From Octopus bimaculoides (Eukaryota): a stretch of 60,228 bases of DNA. The stretch is taken from assembly GCF_001194135.2 (NCBI RefSeq), contig NC_068982.1:56045277-56105504 (forward strand). Reading direction: 5' to 3'. Both the position numbers and the translations under genes were made by a program. Shown piece after piece: positions 1-13,081 of this stretch; the first letter of the stretch is position 1; each line of letters begins with the position of its first letter. The notes beneath the pieces are model-generated. The model saw only the letters and a program-made list of their open reading frames with translations. It made no database searches and was not told where the DNA came from.

Positions 1-227
1 GTGGTGAACCCTGCTGTACTCTTTCACCACAACTTTCTCTTACTCTTTCTTTCTGTCTCTGTTGTACCAGCCTTGTCACACTCTGTGTCACGCTGAATCT
101 CCCCGATAACTACGTTAAGAGTATACGTGTCTGTGGATTGCTCAGCCACTTGCACGTTAATTTCACGAGCAGGCTGTTCCGTTGATAGGACCAACTGGAA
201 CCGTCGTCATCGTAACCGACGGAGTTT
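1..227 (+). mobile_element. SINE family A, 3' half (cut by window start)
   Basis: Near-identical to 28633-28880. Confidence 0.88.
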
Positions 228-1958
228 TTTTTGGGGGGGGGGAGTATCGGACTGACAGAGTCGTTGCAGAGACGGATGTCATTACTTCCAGTGTTCAATA
301 CTTTCGCAATGAGTGATCACAAATAAAAGCATGCACCAATGTGTAACATTGGGAAAAAATTCAATGAAGTCCTGTATACATTGGTGCAACGTCTTGCAGC
401 TTTAAATCAAGATAACATAATCATCTTTACACTTTCCGGAGGAAGGATAATGCGAAATGAACTTCTCATGCCGAGATGAATTAAAAGAAAATAATATTAA
501 CTATCATCTATAACGGGGTATTGTTAAATATGCTGAGCTACATGTTAATGATCGTTATTAGTTGCAACATCTGTTGAACTTAACTCTTATAAATCATAAA
601 AATGCTCGAATAGCATTGTTAATAAATTTGATGTGTTTAGAAATAAATGCTCACCTTCTGTCCGTAGAATTTTCTTTTCTTTAAACCTTTTCTTTAACCT
701 ATTCTATAACGTTCACTGGTCTGTTTATAACATAACTACCGTAGTTACGTATTTATGCTACAATAACTTGCTAATAATTATCGACTTGATTTGAATATAA
801 ATACATTTAGCGTATTATCGTTTGAACAATATAAAATTGTGGTGTATAACGTAAGTTAATAATGTAGTGATTAACAAAACTAATAAAATTAATAGAATAT
901 ATTTCAAACTTTAAGTAATACACCTTCCTTGGTTAGAACTTATAAAGTGACTTAACTCTATTCCTGCTTCTCTGCACCTTTCAACGTTTTGGTTAGTGAG
1001 TTTATGTATTTATATTTAATGTAATTTTTGCTTTTGCATTTATAATAATATTTTTATATATGAAAATTTAACTGATCTTAATTGACTTATTTTTAGTAGA
1101 TTTATTAAACTATTATCTATAGTAAGTGGGGCAGTATCGTTATACTCTGTGGGTTCGTGTTCGCTGTTAATCTATTTTATCCTTGGTTTGATCATTGGTT
1201 CTGCTTCCCGTTTGTATATATATACACACACACACAAACATATATACATACATGCTTATATATATAATTCATAGATGGGATCCAGATGTTCTCCGTATAG
1301 AATACACTTAGTAGTGCTCAAGAGATTTAAACTTGAGCGGGTATAGAAGTAGATGGATAGAAAGCAAGTTAGACAGATCAATATATAAAGTATATTAAAT
1401 ACATTATATACAAAAAATGTATATATCTATGCATGTAAAAAGGTACGCCTTACACAGAACAAAAATGATATAGAGAAATAAATGGGACGAGGAACAGTAT
1501 AACAAACCCAACAGCTGTTTCTGGAGGCTCGCTGGTCCATAATAATGCTTGCAGTAATTCCATCATAGGATGAGACGAGGTTTGAAGTGTTAAAGGAAAG
1601 AAGTTCAAAGATAGAATGATTGCTTTCCCTACATAAATATATATACACACATACATACACACACGCACGCACATTGACATACACACTCGTATTCTGTATG
1701 ACCTTTCCTGACATGGGTCTTAGTTTAATACCGGGGGTGCCACTGCCACAGACTTTTAACATTTATATATCCATGTAAGCCTGTCTGGCACTAGAGCTTA
1801 AGAATTTCTACTCTGAATTTCCTCATTTGAATCTTAGAGCAATATTCTTCTATGCTTTATATACACTACTATATGTATTTTTATATATACACACACATAT
1901 ATATATATATACACACATATATATATATGGACATACATACATATACATACACATACAT

Positions 1959-1993
<35 letters not shown>

Positions 1994-2418
1994 AATGAAT
2001 AAAAACTATGTACTTTTCTAACTACACATTTTCCATTCTAATCTTTTTCATTTTCTTCTTCCATTTAATTCTTTCGGAATTTACATCTTTGTCTGCTTTA
2101 TAATATAGTAGCAGTTGGATTTCTTGTCAATATTTCTCTTCCGGATATTGGGCAGAGCTCTCAGCAATTTTCTTCGTAAAATGATGGATTTTAAAAGGGA
2201 AAGTAGTGTAAAATAGCTATTGGAAAGTGGTGTAAAATAGCTGTGATATATAAACGTAGACAGGATGTTATTTAAATACTTTGGAAATATTTGTTAAAAT
2301 GTTTTTTAAATGGAATTTTGTTTTTGGAAGTTTAAAACATTAGTCACCATTAGTTACTATCCTACACGGATGAAAGCCATAATTTGTCTAAGATACAAGT
2401 AAATTCACAAGTAAATTT

Positions 2419-2464
<46 letters not shown>

Positions 2465-2544
2465 TATAAGCGTAGTATAGGTATATGCGACTGCGGGTGT
2501 TTATATATATGTGTGTATATTCGTATATATATATATACATATGA

Positions 2545-2577
<33 letters not shown>

Positions 2578-2595
2578 TGTATGTATGTATGTATG

Positions 2596-2632
<37 letters not shown>

Positions 2633-3013
2633 GTCTATCTGTCTGTAGGTATATGTGTATATATGCGCCTTTCTTTTCTTATATGAATGCATTTTTATAA
2701 AACAATGAATTGTCTTAAACTTACGCGCGATATCAAATGAAAGCATTAAGCGTTCGGTCTATTTGCATATTGTAAATACACTCAATTGAACTCATACCAA
2801 AATATTCATTTGGTCGATCATGCCTTCAAATCATGGTATCTAAGGAAGCGAATAGACTACAAGAATATTATTACCTATTTCCATATGTTATCGCATGTAC
2901 TACACAACATTGTATGGATTGCATACCACTGTATGAGATGTGAAATAAGACATCGTCCGTTTAAAGAAACAATTGTAATGTCAAGTTGACTCCTCCTTTT
3001 CTCATTTAAATAC

Positions 3014-3094
<81 letters not shown>

Positions 3095-3521
3095 ATATAT
3101 GATATATAAATATATAAATCAACTCATCATGTCCATGTCATTATTATTATTATTATTATTATTGTCGATATTATTATTATCATTCCATCAATTACGCCTC
3201 TTTAGGTGGGTATATACGTCAATACACTTTCTGTTATGCATATTTATGTATAAGCTCTATGGATATTACGGAATTACAGATCTATATTCAGTTATATGAT
3301 CTATCTCACTGTATGATGGCATTTGTTAGCTGATACCTCTAGACAAGCTTTATAAAGCAAACTACAAGTTTTATATCCATATTTAATATATATATACAAG
3401 TGTGTGTGTGCGTGTGCGTGTGTATTTTATATATCTAGCCCAAGCAGTTTTATTTGTTTATTTGCATCATTATCCCCACCTCTATCTCTCTTTCTTTGTT
3501 GGGCTCTGTCTCTCTCTCAAT

Positions 3522-3554
<33 letters not shown>

Positions 3555-3726
3555 TATATTTATATATACGTTGTTTTTGAAATATATATAGATATTAAAA
3601 TATGAGTATATGTATATTTTTATTTACTTATATTTTTATTAATATTGAACAGAAGTAACAGAGTTAATAGTTTGATAAATAACTAGTTTGGTAAACGCTA
3701 ACTCACGAAACTTCTGTTACTTCTGT

Positions 3727-3765
<39 letters not shown>

Positions 3766-4094
3766 GTACAGGACGTCACAAAACATAAACAAGATGAAAT
3801 ACGAAGGCAAACTTGAGTGTACGTACAACGAGAGAAATAAATGAAAAACAAGACAAGTAACATATATATATCGAGCATGATGATTCATCTTGCTTACTGA
3901 TTAATGAAAAAATGCGGTTGGGACGCTTTCATAATTTTTCTGCATAATCAGGGTTGAATTGTGATTGAAGATCACCACCGACAACAGTAACAACTATTAT
4001 ACTACTAGTATAACTATTATAACTTTAAACCCGAAGTACTCTTTAGTAACAAAACTAGTTGATTGTCCTATTACTTCACTATACTATTACGCAA

Positions 4095-4246
4095 ATATAC
4101 TCTTACACTATTTACATTACTTATATTTGACGGATATATAACCTCATCTTGTTGTTAACACAACGTTTGAGCTGATCCAGCCTTCATCAGGTGTCTTTGG
4201 AAAATTTCGAACATCGGTTCTTATTCCTAAGGTATTTTTTCGATGT

Positions 4247-4293
<47 letters not shown>

Positions 4294-4440
4294 CATCGAA
4301 AAATACCTTATGAATGAGAACCCAGTTTCGAAATTTCCCAAGACACTTAATGAAGGCTGGAAGGTATATCAGGCGAAACGATGTGTTAACAACAAACAAG
4401 ATGAGGACAAATATAAATAATGTAAATAATGTACATAATT
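4095..4440. repeat. ~150-bp head-to-head inverted repeat around (TAA)n; each arm has a hammerhead-like core (Penelope-like pseudo-LTR)
   Basis: Left arm (minus) GACAC-CTGATGA-AGGCTG..CAGCT-CAAAC-GTT-GTGTT; right arm (plus) GACAC-TTAATGA-AGGCTG..CAGGC-GAAAC-GAT-GTGTT; (TAA)n at 4248-4290. Confidence 0.75.
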
Positions 4441-6138
4441 CCTCATCTGTTAAATATAGAACTGTACTCTTACGCTGCTCTACCTTAATGTTAATCTAAT
4501 AACCAGTGAGGTAGCTGATACAACGTCACTTCATTTGCTAGAAGTGTCAACTAATTTCCTTCAAACTGTTATGTCATTGCCTTACAGAAATGAAGGATAT
4601 AGTAGATAATGTGGTCTTCCGTCAATTGTGTTTTGATAAAATATGAGATGATCATCACGCAGAATTTCTGGTCTTAAATCTGTATGTCGAGCATCATATC
4701 TGATCTGGAACTTGAACTACAGTCAAGAGTACTAACTTCATATGGATATTATTATCTCGAGTGCTGGCACTCATAGGGCCAGTTACCTGGTTTACATGGA
4801 GTATAAGTGATTGAGATCATAACACAACCTCTGAACGGACGCCAGTCCCGTCGCTCGGTTATTCATTTACAGTTGAATCGACTGGAGTCCAAGAACACAA
4901 TGCATCGCCCAGCTCGGGATCGAAGTCACGATCTTGCGAGCAACGCCTAACCACTAGACCACACACCTTCACTCATATGCAGTAGGATGCTTTAAGTAGC
5001 TATAATGATAATATCATAAACCGGTGAGAAATAATTTCATAAGCTTAATATTAATTTGATAATTGCTTTGTTAAATTATTAATTATGGTAAATGTTGTGG
5101 TTTTAAAGAGCAATTGAAGGCAAATGACGATATATTCGGTTAAGAAGGGTCTATTACGCGATTTCATTGCAAACGATTAAATGATTTCATATAAACAAAT
5201 AAAAAGTCATATTAAATTACTGTAAATACTTAAATCTAATGAGAATGGATTAAGTGACGATTATAATTCTAACTTTTGAGTAAGTAATGAAACATATATT
5301 CATATGCATTCTGATATTTACAAGTGGGTAATCATATCTTCTTAATTAAGCTTAAATGAAATCTATCAGTTATACACTTAAATTAATGAAATATTTTATT
5401 CATGTGGGAGTGGAGTATAGTAATAGTGAATTAATTAATTATTCTATTAATTAAATTAGTTACAATGGAATGAGGTCATCTCTGTTTTAAATTTGATTTC
5501 TCATTTCTCCACGTTATATAATTAATAATAAAATTTCATTTGTCTTTCACAATAATTTGTTTACAGGCAAATAATATACCAACAAACTTTGAAAGCGTTA
5601 TGCGAATACAAGCTAGAAAGTTATTATACTCCCATCAAAATATAACCTGACAGGTCCATAGATATCGATATTATGTACAACACCAGGCATGTGATTAAAC
5701 AAAACATCTGAAATCAGTTTCAGGAGGAATAATTACTCCACGAATTGATTGTTGCTATATCTGACATATAGATTTTCTTTCCCCTACAATATATGGAATC
5801 TTTATATAATTCAATTCTTCCGTGGATATTGGCAGTAATAAACGTCAGGAGTTCACCTGCTCAAATAATACATAAATCCTTTGCTATTTATTTTGTTTAT
5901 GCGTCAGTAAACATTTGTCTTGACCTCGATGTATATGTCTGTTATGTTCGACAAACCGCAATAATTTTTATGCGGTGCTGTATGTGTTCACAATTATATA
6001 TGCACACGTATATAGATAGATGCATGCCTGCATGCTCACATGTATATGTACATATATACATTCATACATACATATATATAGATAGATATACAGTAATATT
6101 CATACATGTATACATGATGTAAAAGTATTTATAAATAC

Positions 6139-6174
<36 letters not shown>

Positions 6175-6428
6175 GCATTTATGCATACATACATGCATAC
6201 ACAGATATTTACATAATATAAAAGTATTTATAAATACGTATATACATACATCCATGCATGCATACATACATGCATACAAGCATGCACGCATGAAGAGAAG
6301 ACAGGGTCTTGGGACAGAGAAAAGAAAGAAACTATGTACCGTAGTGTAATTCTGTTGCCCAACGGATGTCAACATAAAGCTAAAGTTCGGCAAAAAAAAA
6401 AAAAACACTTAACGTCCAGCTATTGAGA

Positions 6429-6600
6429 AAGTTCAGATTCATATCCATAATTACTGTGGTACTAGGATCTGCTACAACCCGCCCCAATACCATTCTTGAG
6501 AAATAAGGGTTCTCAAAACCAGAAAGGAGAAAGCTACAGGTACAAGCCATTAATGAAACTGTAAAAATATGTAAAACTTTCCCAAAGTTTAACATATACG
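6429..6600 (+). mobile_element. 5'-truncated 3' end of the same RLE-type LINE family
   Basis: KFRFISIITVVLGSA..LEK*GFSKPERRKLQVQAINETVKICKTFPKF aligns with the C-terminus seen at ~32000-32170. Confidence 0.75.
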
Positions 6601-6870
6601 TACATGTGCACATATCTACACATGAAACTATATATATGAGCATAAATACATAGGAAAAAGCATACAGAACTGCACAAGTACTGACTTTGAATTGAAATTC
6701 CAATGGATCTAGGTTAGAAACCGGGTCCTTCTTGGCAAGAAATATATAAATAATCTAAATTATAACATGCATAACTAAAGAAAAGTACTCAACATGAAGC
6801 AGAGCACAATCAAATTTATTCAGCTGATACCTTATTTCTGATACTTTAAGTTTAATGAGTATCCAATCAA

Positions 6871-7171
6871 TCATACGGCCATGCTATACTGTAAAGAAAA
6901 AGATGCTCTGATTAAAAATGGTGCCAGGGCATCACATGCTATGTTAGTCATTTGAAAAAGATAGTATTTCCCAACTGAGAATAAAGGTATTTTGATAGAC
7001 ATAGCAGATTTGCTGTATTCTATAATATAAACACATGTGATTTGTTGAAAATTAGGAAGACAGTAATTCGCGCTTTCAACCCGTTTGTGTTTAAAATTAT
7101 GATTAAGATAGTAAATTCTCGATATTAAACTCAGAACGGAAGCACAAACAGGCACCAATCCTACGTAAAGC
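6871..7171 (-). CDS. Candidate terminal exon, unknown gene
   Basis: Acceptor TATTATTTCTTACTAG, 99-codon open frame (LYVGLVPVCASVLSLISRIYYL..QYSMAV*), AATAAA at 6815-6820. An alternative phase-0 reading is ALRRIGACLCFRSEFNIENLLS*. Confidence 0.22.
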
Positions 7172-7249
7172 CTAGTAAGAAATAATATATTTTAATAAAA
7201 AATCCAACAGCCCTCCCTCAATCAATCACAGAACATATTATTGATAATA

Positions 7250-7466
7250 TTCTTTTCTACTCTAGGCACAAGGCCCGAAATTTTTGGGGAGGGCGCCAGT
7301 CCATTGGATCAACCCCAGTACTCAACTGGTGATCAATTTATTGATCCCGAAAGAGTGGAAGGTAAAAATCGACCTCGGCGGAATTTGAACTTGGAACATA
7401 AAGACAAACGAAATACCGCTAAGCATTTTGCCCGGCGTGCTAAAGGTTCTACCAGCTCGCCGTCTT
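7250..7466 (-). mobile_element. SINE family C
   Basis: Full-length diverged reverse-complement match. Partial copies also at 17113-17199 (-) and 33717-33796 (-), both cut by gaps. Confidence 0.83.
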
Positions 7467-7956
7467 TATAATATAGACAATATTAGCATATACCTTCTAT
7501 CGCTTAAACATTTCAAATGGTATGTTGGGCTATATTTCAGAGGCAGGAGGAGCAGTGTGAAGTTAAGTGTGAGCTGGAATCAGCTGAAAGGGAGAAGTAA
7601 AAATAGGAACTTAAAGTAGAGAAACATTGAAATTGACAACTTGTGGTTGGAGATGGTAAATTAAATTAGTCGATGGATGCCGAAAACATGACACACACAC
7701 TCTTACACGCACATAGTCACAATCTTCTGTCTATTACACATGCATAGGCTCACGTTTACAAACACAGGAACACAATTTTTGAAAGAGTAATTTGATGAAC
7801 ATTTGGTAGGCGGAGGTAAAGAAGCAAGAAGCTTATACAGTCATCTGTGCGCGTACATGCGTGTGTGTGTGTGTGTGTATATTATATATGTGTGTGTCTG
7901 TGTATGTATATATGTGTATACATATATATATATATATATGTATGTATATACGTGTG

Positions 7957-7999
<43 letters not shown>

Positions 8000-8482
8000 N
8001 NNNNNNNNNNNNNNNNNNNNNNNNNNNNNNNNNNNNNNNNNNNNNNNNNNNNNNNNNNNNNNNNNNNNNNNNNNNNNNNNNNNNNNNNNNNNNNNNNNNN
8101 NNNNNNNNNNNNNNNNNNNNNNNNNNNNNNNNNNNNNNNNNNNNNNNNNNNNNNNNNNNNNNNNNNNNNNNNNNNNNNNNNNNNNNNNNNNNNNNNNNNN
8201 NNNNNNNNNNNNNNNNNNNNNNNNNNNNNNNNNNNNNNNNNNNNNNNNNNNNNNNNNNNNNNNNNNNNNNNNNNNNNNNNNNNNNNNNNNNNNATATATA
8301 TATATATATATATATATACACGTATATGAAAAGTTTTAGTGAACGGATGAAAGCGCTAACAACCAATTTTCCAAAATTCTGACAACCTCCTTTTTCTTAA
8401 TATACTATATTTGTACATCACTTCAAACAATCTATACATATGCATATATATAATATAATATGTGACAATTGGTCGGTTGCCA

Positions 8483-8545
8483 TAAAAAAACTCAGAGTTT
8501 CGGATGTCGAGGCAGAAGCCTGCTCCGGCATCTCGTCAGTTGTTA
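8483..8545 (-). ncRNA. Degenerate hammerhead-like motif
   Basis: Minus strand AACAA-CTGACGA-GATG..CATCC-GAA-ACTC-t-GAGT-T; core at 8533-8539, GAAAC at 8497-8501; stem I imperfect. Confidence 0.45.
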
Positions 8546-9011
8546 AGACAAACAAAAATGCTATGAAAATGACCGTTAAATAAAGGGAAATTACTATGAA
8601 GATGACCGTTATTAAGACAAACAAAAGAGCTACGAGAATGACCGTTAAATAAGGAGAAATTACCCGAATAGGGAGAAAGTAAAAATACCTGAAGAAGGTA
8701 AACTCACGCTCATAGAATCCGCATATGCGCGCATGTACATACGTACACACATGCGCGCACGCACACTCACGTGCATGTTCATACACGCATATAAAGCCGT
8801 TGTACTACACTTTGACAATTTTTGATTTCTTGGCATCTGAAGCAGCCGGAGATACGATAGCTTGACCAAAAGAACCGGCTATTGCAAGGAAAATTAGATA
8901 TTGAAAAAAAAAAAAAACCCCGCATTTGGCCAAATTTGAACATACGACAATTTAGCATAATAGCAAGGACACAAACACATACGCACACACACACACACAC
9001 ACGCACACGCG

Positions 9012-9080
<69 letters not shown>

Positions 9081-9490
9081 NNNNNNNNNNNNNNNNNNNN
9101 NNNNNNNNNNNNNNNNNNNNNNNNNNNNNNNNNNNNNNNNNNNNNNNNNNNNNNNNNNNNNNNNNNNNNNNNNNNNNNNNNNNNNNNNNNNNNNNNNNNN
9201 NNNNNNNNNNNNNNNNNNNNNNNNNNNNNNNNNNNNNNNNNNNNNNNNNNNNNNNNNNNNNNNNNNNNNNNNNNNNNNNNNNNNNNNNNNNNNNNNNNNN
9301 NNNNNNNNNNNNNNNNNNNNNNNNNNNNNNNNNNNNNNNNNNNNNNNNNNNNNNNNNNNNNNNNNNNNNNNNNNNNNNNNNNNNNNNNNNNNNNNNNNNN
9401 NNNNNNNNNNNNNNNNNNNNNNNNNNNNNNNNNNNNNNNNNNNNNNNNNNNNNNNNNNNNNNNNNNNNNNNNNNNNNNNNNNNNNNNNNN

Positions 9491-9554
<64 letters not shown>

Positions 9555-10329
9555 TCTTTTATTCTTTTATTTGTTTCAGTCATTTTGACTGCAGCCTTAG
9601 TGGCGCAAACCCTTTATAAATGCATGTGTGTGTGCATGTGTGCGTATGTGTGTGCGTGTGTGTATCTATGTAGGTAATTATCTCTGGGTGTATGTGTATA
9701 TGTACATGCATCTCTATGCAGATATGTGCATTTGAATTTCCGGAAATCCACTACTGCTGCAATTAGTACTACCACCATCACCATCGGCACCGTCTTTATT
9801 AGTGCCGCTTGGACAATTGTCAAAACCACTACTATGTAAGTCAGAGGAATATGGTAAGGAAGCGACAGAAAGAGTAGGGAGAGGGTAAGAATGACATAAA
9901 CCAGGGGAATACAAGAGTAAGAAAAGTGCGATACATATATTGACTTAATTCCCTCAGTGATATTTATCGAGCCATTCATAATCGATATAAAACTATCGAT
10001 ATTTCATAGAGAACAGCTGTCTACCTGAAAATATTGCAGGTGAGTGAACAAAACTCGATGATTTTTAGTGCTTATTGCCTCGTAGCTATTAACCAATATT
10101 GGCTACATCCATGTGTTATTCAGACACATAGAGAAACGCACATTACAATGGTATTAACTCATATACAGAAACATGCTGTCATAAGCATACAGATGCACTC
10201 GCGCGCACACAAATGCTTCCACATAAACACATATTTAAATGCATGTATATATTCATCCTCAGAGACGTACTTTTCTACATACATATATACATTAATGCAT
10301 AATTATTCATACACACATTCAAACATCCA

Positions 10330-10840
10330 TCCATCCATCCATAAATACATACATACACATACATACATACATACATACATTCATACACATATTTATACAT
10401 AAATACATTTATGCATACATAATGCATTCATGCATGTATACTTACAGTACATACATCCAAACACACATTCCTATACACATCTATGCATTCACACATACAT
10501 ACATACGCAAATACATGCACACATATACATACACACATTCACACATACATTTACACATGTATACATTCATGCACATACACATGCATACGCGCACATATAT
10601 ATATATGCATATACATACATTCATGCACACATTCATACATACATACACACACGTACATACATACACACACGCACGTACGTACATACATACATTCCTGCGC
10701 ACATACATACAATCGTGCACACATACATACACACACATCCATCCATCCATCCATACATACGTACATACATACACACACGTACGAACGTACACACATACAT
10801 ACATACGTATATACATTACATACATACTAAGATATACATA
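10330..10840. repeat. Compound (ACAT)n/(CA)n/(CCAT)n microsatellite field
   Basis: Direct inspection. Confidence 0.9.
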
Positions 10841-11103
10841 CGTTTAGAGAATTATATGTGTTGTTTCTTCTCACACCTTCCGCCACATACCTTCTCCCTT
10901 CTTCTCCCCCACTCTCCCTGACTTATTCATTTCCTTTTTCCATTAACTTTCGTTCTCATGCCCTCCTAATCTCACTCTTGCTCACTGTCAGTCAGTTACT
11001 CGCTTGACCGGAAGAAGTAATGCTTCATTGCTATTTCATTTTGTATATAAGTATTTATTATTATGCGAATGCCTGTGTGTGTATGTGCATATACATATAC
11101 ATT

Positions 11104-11145
<42 letters not shown>

Positions 11146-11397
11146 TACACATATATGAGCTTATATGTATCAAAATATGAGACTATGGCTCATCAAGAGT
11201 GCCCGATGAGCCATAGGCGAAACAGACTGTATCTTGTCGAACTAACGATTATGGATTAAATATTTTATTCACTCTCAGACTCGCAGACTTATCTTTCACT
11301 GCTTTATCCTAAGTGGCCGGACAGCTGTTTTTCGAACTTGCCACTCCCTGGAACATGTTGTGTATGTATGTATGTATGTATGTATGTATGTATGTAT

Positions 11398-11557
11398 GTG
11401 AAGGCACATGCCTTAATGGTTAGGGTGTTGCACTCACGATTGTGAGATTGTGTCTTCGATTCTCAGATTGGGTGTTACGTTGTGTTCTTCAGCAAAACAT
11501 TCATTTCACGTTGCTCTGCGATCATCTGAAATGTGGCACGTCAAGCACCTGCACAGG
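11398..11557 (+). mobile_element. SINE family D, 5' part
   Basis: GGCACATGCCTTAATGGTTAGGGTGTTGCACTCACGAT..TTGTGTTCTTCAGCAAAACATTCATTTCACG. Confidence 0.72.
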
Positions 11558-11805
11558 TGTATGTATGTATGTATGTATGTATGTATGTATGTATGTATGT
11601 ATGTACGTATGTATGTAGGTATGTATGTATGTACGTATGTATGTANNNNNNNNNNGTACGTATGTATGTAGGTATGTATGTATGTACGTATGTATGTATG
11701 TATGTATGTATGTATGTATGTATGTATATACGTATGTATGCATGTATGTATGCATATGTGAATGTGTGCGTGCAAGTGCATGTGTGTGTGTGTATGTGTG
11801 TGTGT

Positions 11806-11857
<52 letters not shown>

Positions 11858-12099
11858 GTGTGTCTTTGTGTATTCTATTAGGATTATATGTAGAAAGCGC
11901 TTCTTTCTAAACAAGAGACAAAGATTCATAGTTCCAATTAAGAAAGCAGGGTCAAATGTTGAACTTTATAAAAGTCTTACATACTCATACTGTTCCGCTA
12001 ACAGGTCGTATTTGTATCTGTTAGCGGAGCAGTACGTGTATGTAAAATACGTATTACATGATCACTTTCTTTGTCTTAACAACTAACCTGTTTAATCAG

Positions 12100-12690
12100 T
12101 GTGTGACAGAAATGTCAGTGGATTTAATGCTAAAACAAAGCAGGATAGAGTATCTCCATGGAACATTCCTTTTGAATGATTCGTAGCATAAAGAAAATCC
12201 TTTTGTTTCCATTTACAAATGTGAGAAGAGCTGACCAGATATTTGTGAACCTTTCATTGAGGTAGTAGATACTTTTACTATGTAATTCTAGCTTGCATGA
12301 ATGAAGAACAGAATCAAAAGTCCTTCTGTAATCAAGCCCCTTTGTTACTTTTAGAAAGCAGAGATTTATCAAACACAATTCGACTTCTACCTACACTCGC
12401 TTCTCACATTTCTGTTCATCGGTTACTGCCTTGTTGGTCTCGCAATTGTTTTCGTTTTAACAGCTTCTCTGATGTATATACACAATACACAGGCAACAGC
12501 GGGCTTATATATTTTCTGCCAAGTCAATATATGTTTGTATTTGACAAGCCAATTCAATATTTTAGCCTCATCTTCAATAGTTTGTTTAATGTAAACATCA
12601 GTAACATTCTGTAGAACGCCAATACCCTGTACCAGAATCAAACTATTAGGCTTCTATCTGGTTATCTTGCATTATAAAACTTTTCCATAG
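12100..12690 (-). mobile_element. Non-LTR retrotransposon reverse-transcriptase fragment (RLE-type, R2/R4 group)
   Basis: Minus strand: LDYRRTFDSVLHS (LDYxKAFDSVPH motif), then after a frameshift KGMFHGDTLSCFVLALNPLTFL (KGIFQGDSLS..LNPL motif). Confidence 0.8.
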
Positions 12691-13081
12691 GTTTGGGGAA
12701 AGATTTGAAGTTTATTGTATGTCTTATTGTTGTTAATACATATTAAATTAGGATTGTATTTAGTCACTAAGTATATTATAACCAAAACATGATAAACAAC
12801 AGACAAGTATATACTGTTGTGCACATATAAATTATTATGAATACAAAAGGTGATGTTAATTTTAAAAAATTCGTATTATTAAAACTGATTCCATTGGTCA
12901 AAGAGCTTCTTTCGATGATGGTTTCGAATGCTAATTTGTATGCTAATTTCAAAACTCTTAGGCTTTTCAGAAACAATGTATTTTGAGATGTTACCAATTA
13001 TGTTATTTTCCTCTATACATATATCTGATGTGTACTGAATTCTTTTAGAATAGTTGCTCAGACCCTTGTCGTTTAATCAAC

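Noticed and set aside
1990-2400. Possible Penelope GIY-YIG C-terminal remnant on the minus strand
   Set aside because: Only a vague C-x2-C..E..IL pattern; too degenerate to support.
9981-10001. TATCGATA (DRE-like) palindrome upstream of a strong donor site
   Set aside because: The same octamer occurs elsewhere (about 5664 and 13865) in AT-rich context, and a DRE promoter role is not established for this lineage.
11603-11700. Exact duplication within a (TATG)n array
   Set aside because: Flanks an 11-N gap; assembly artefact.
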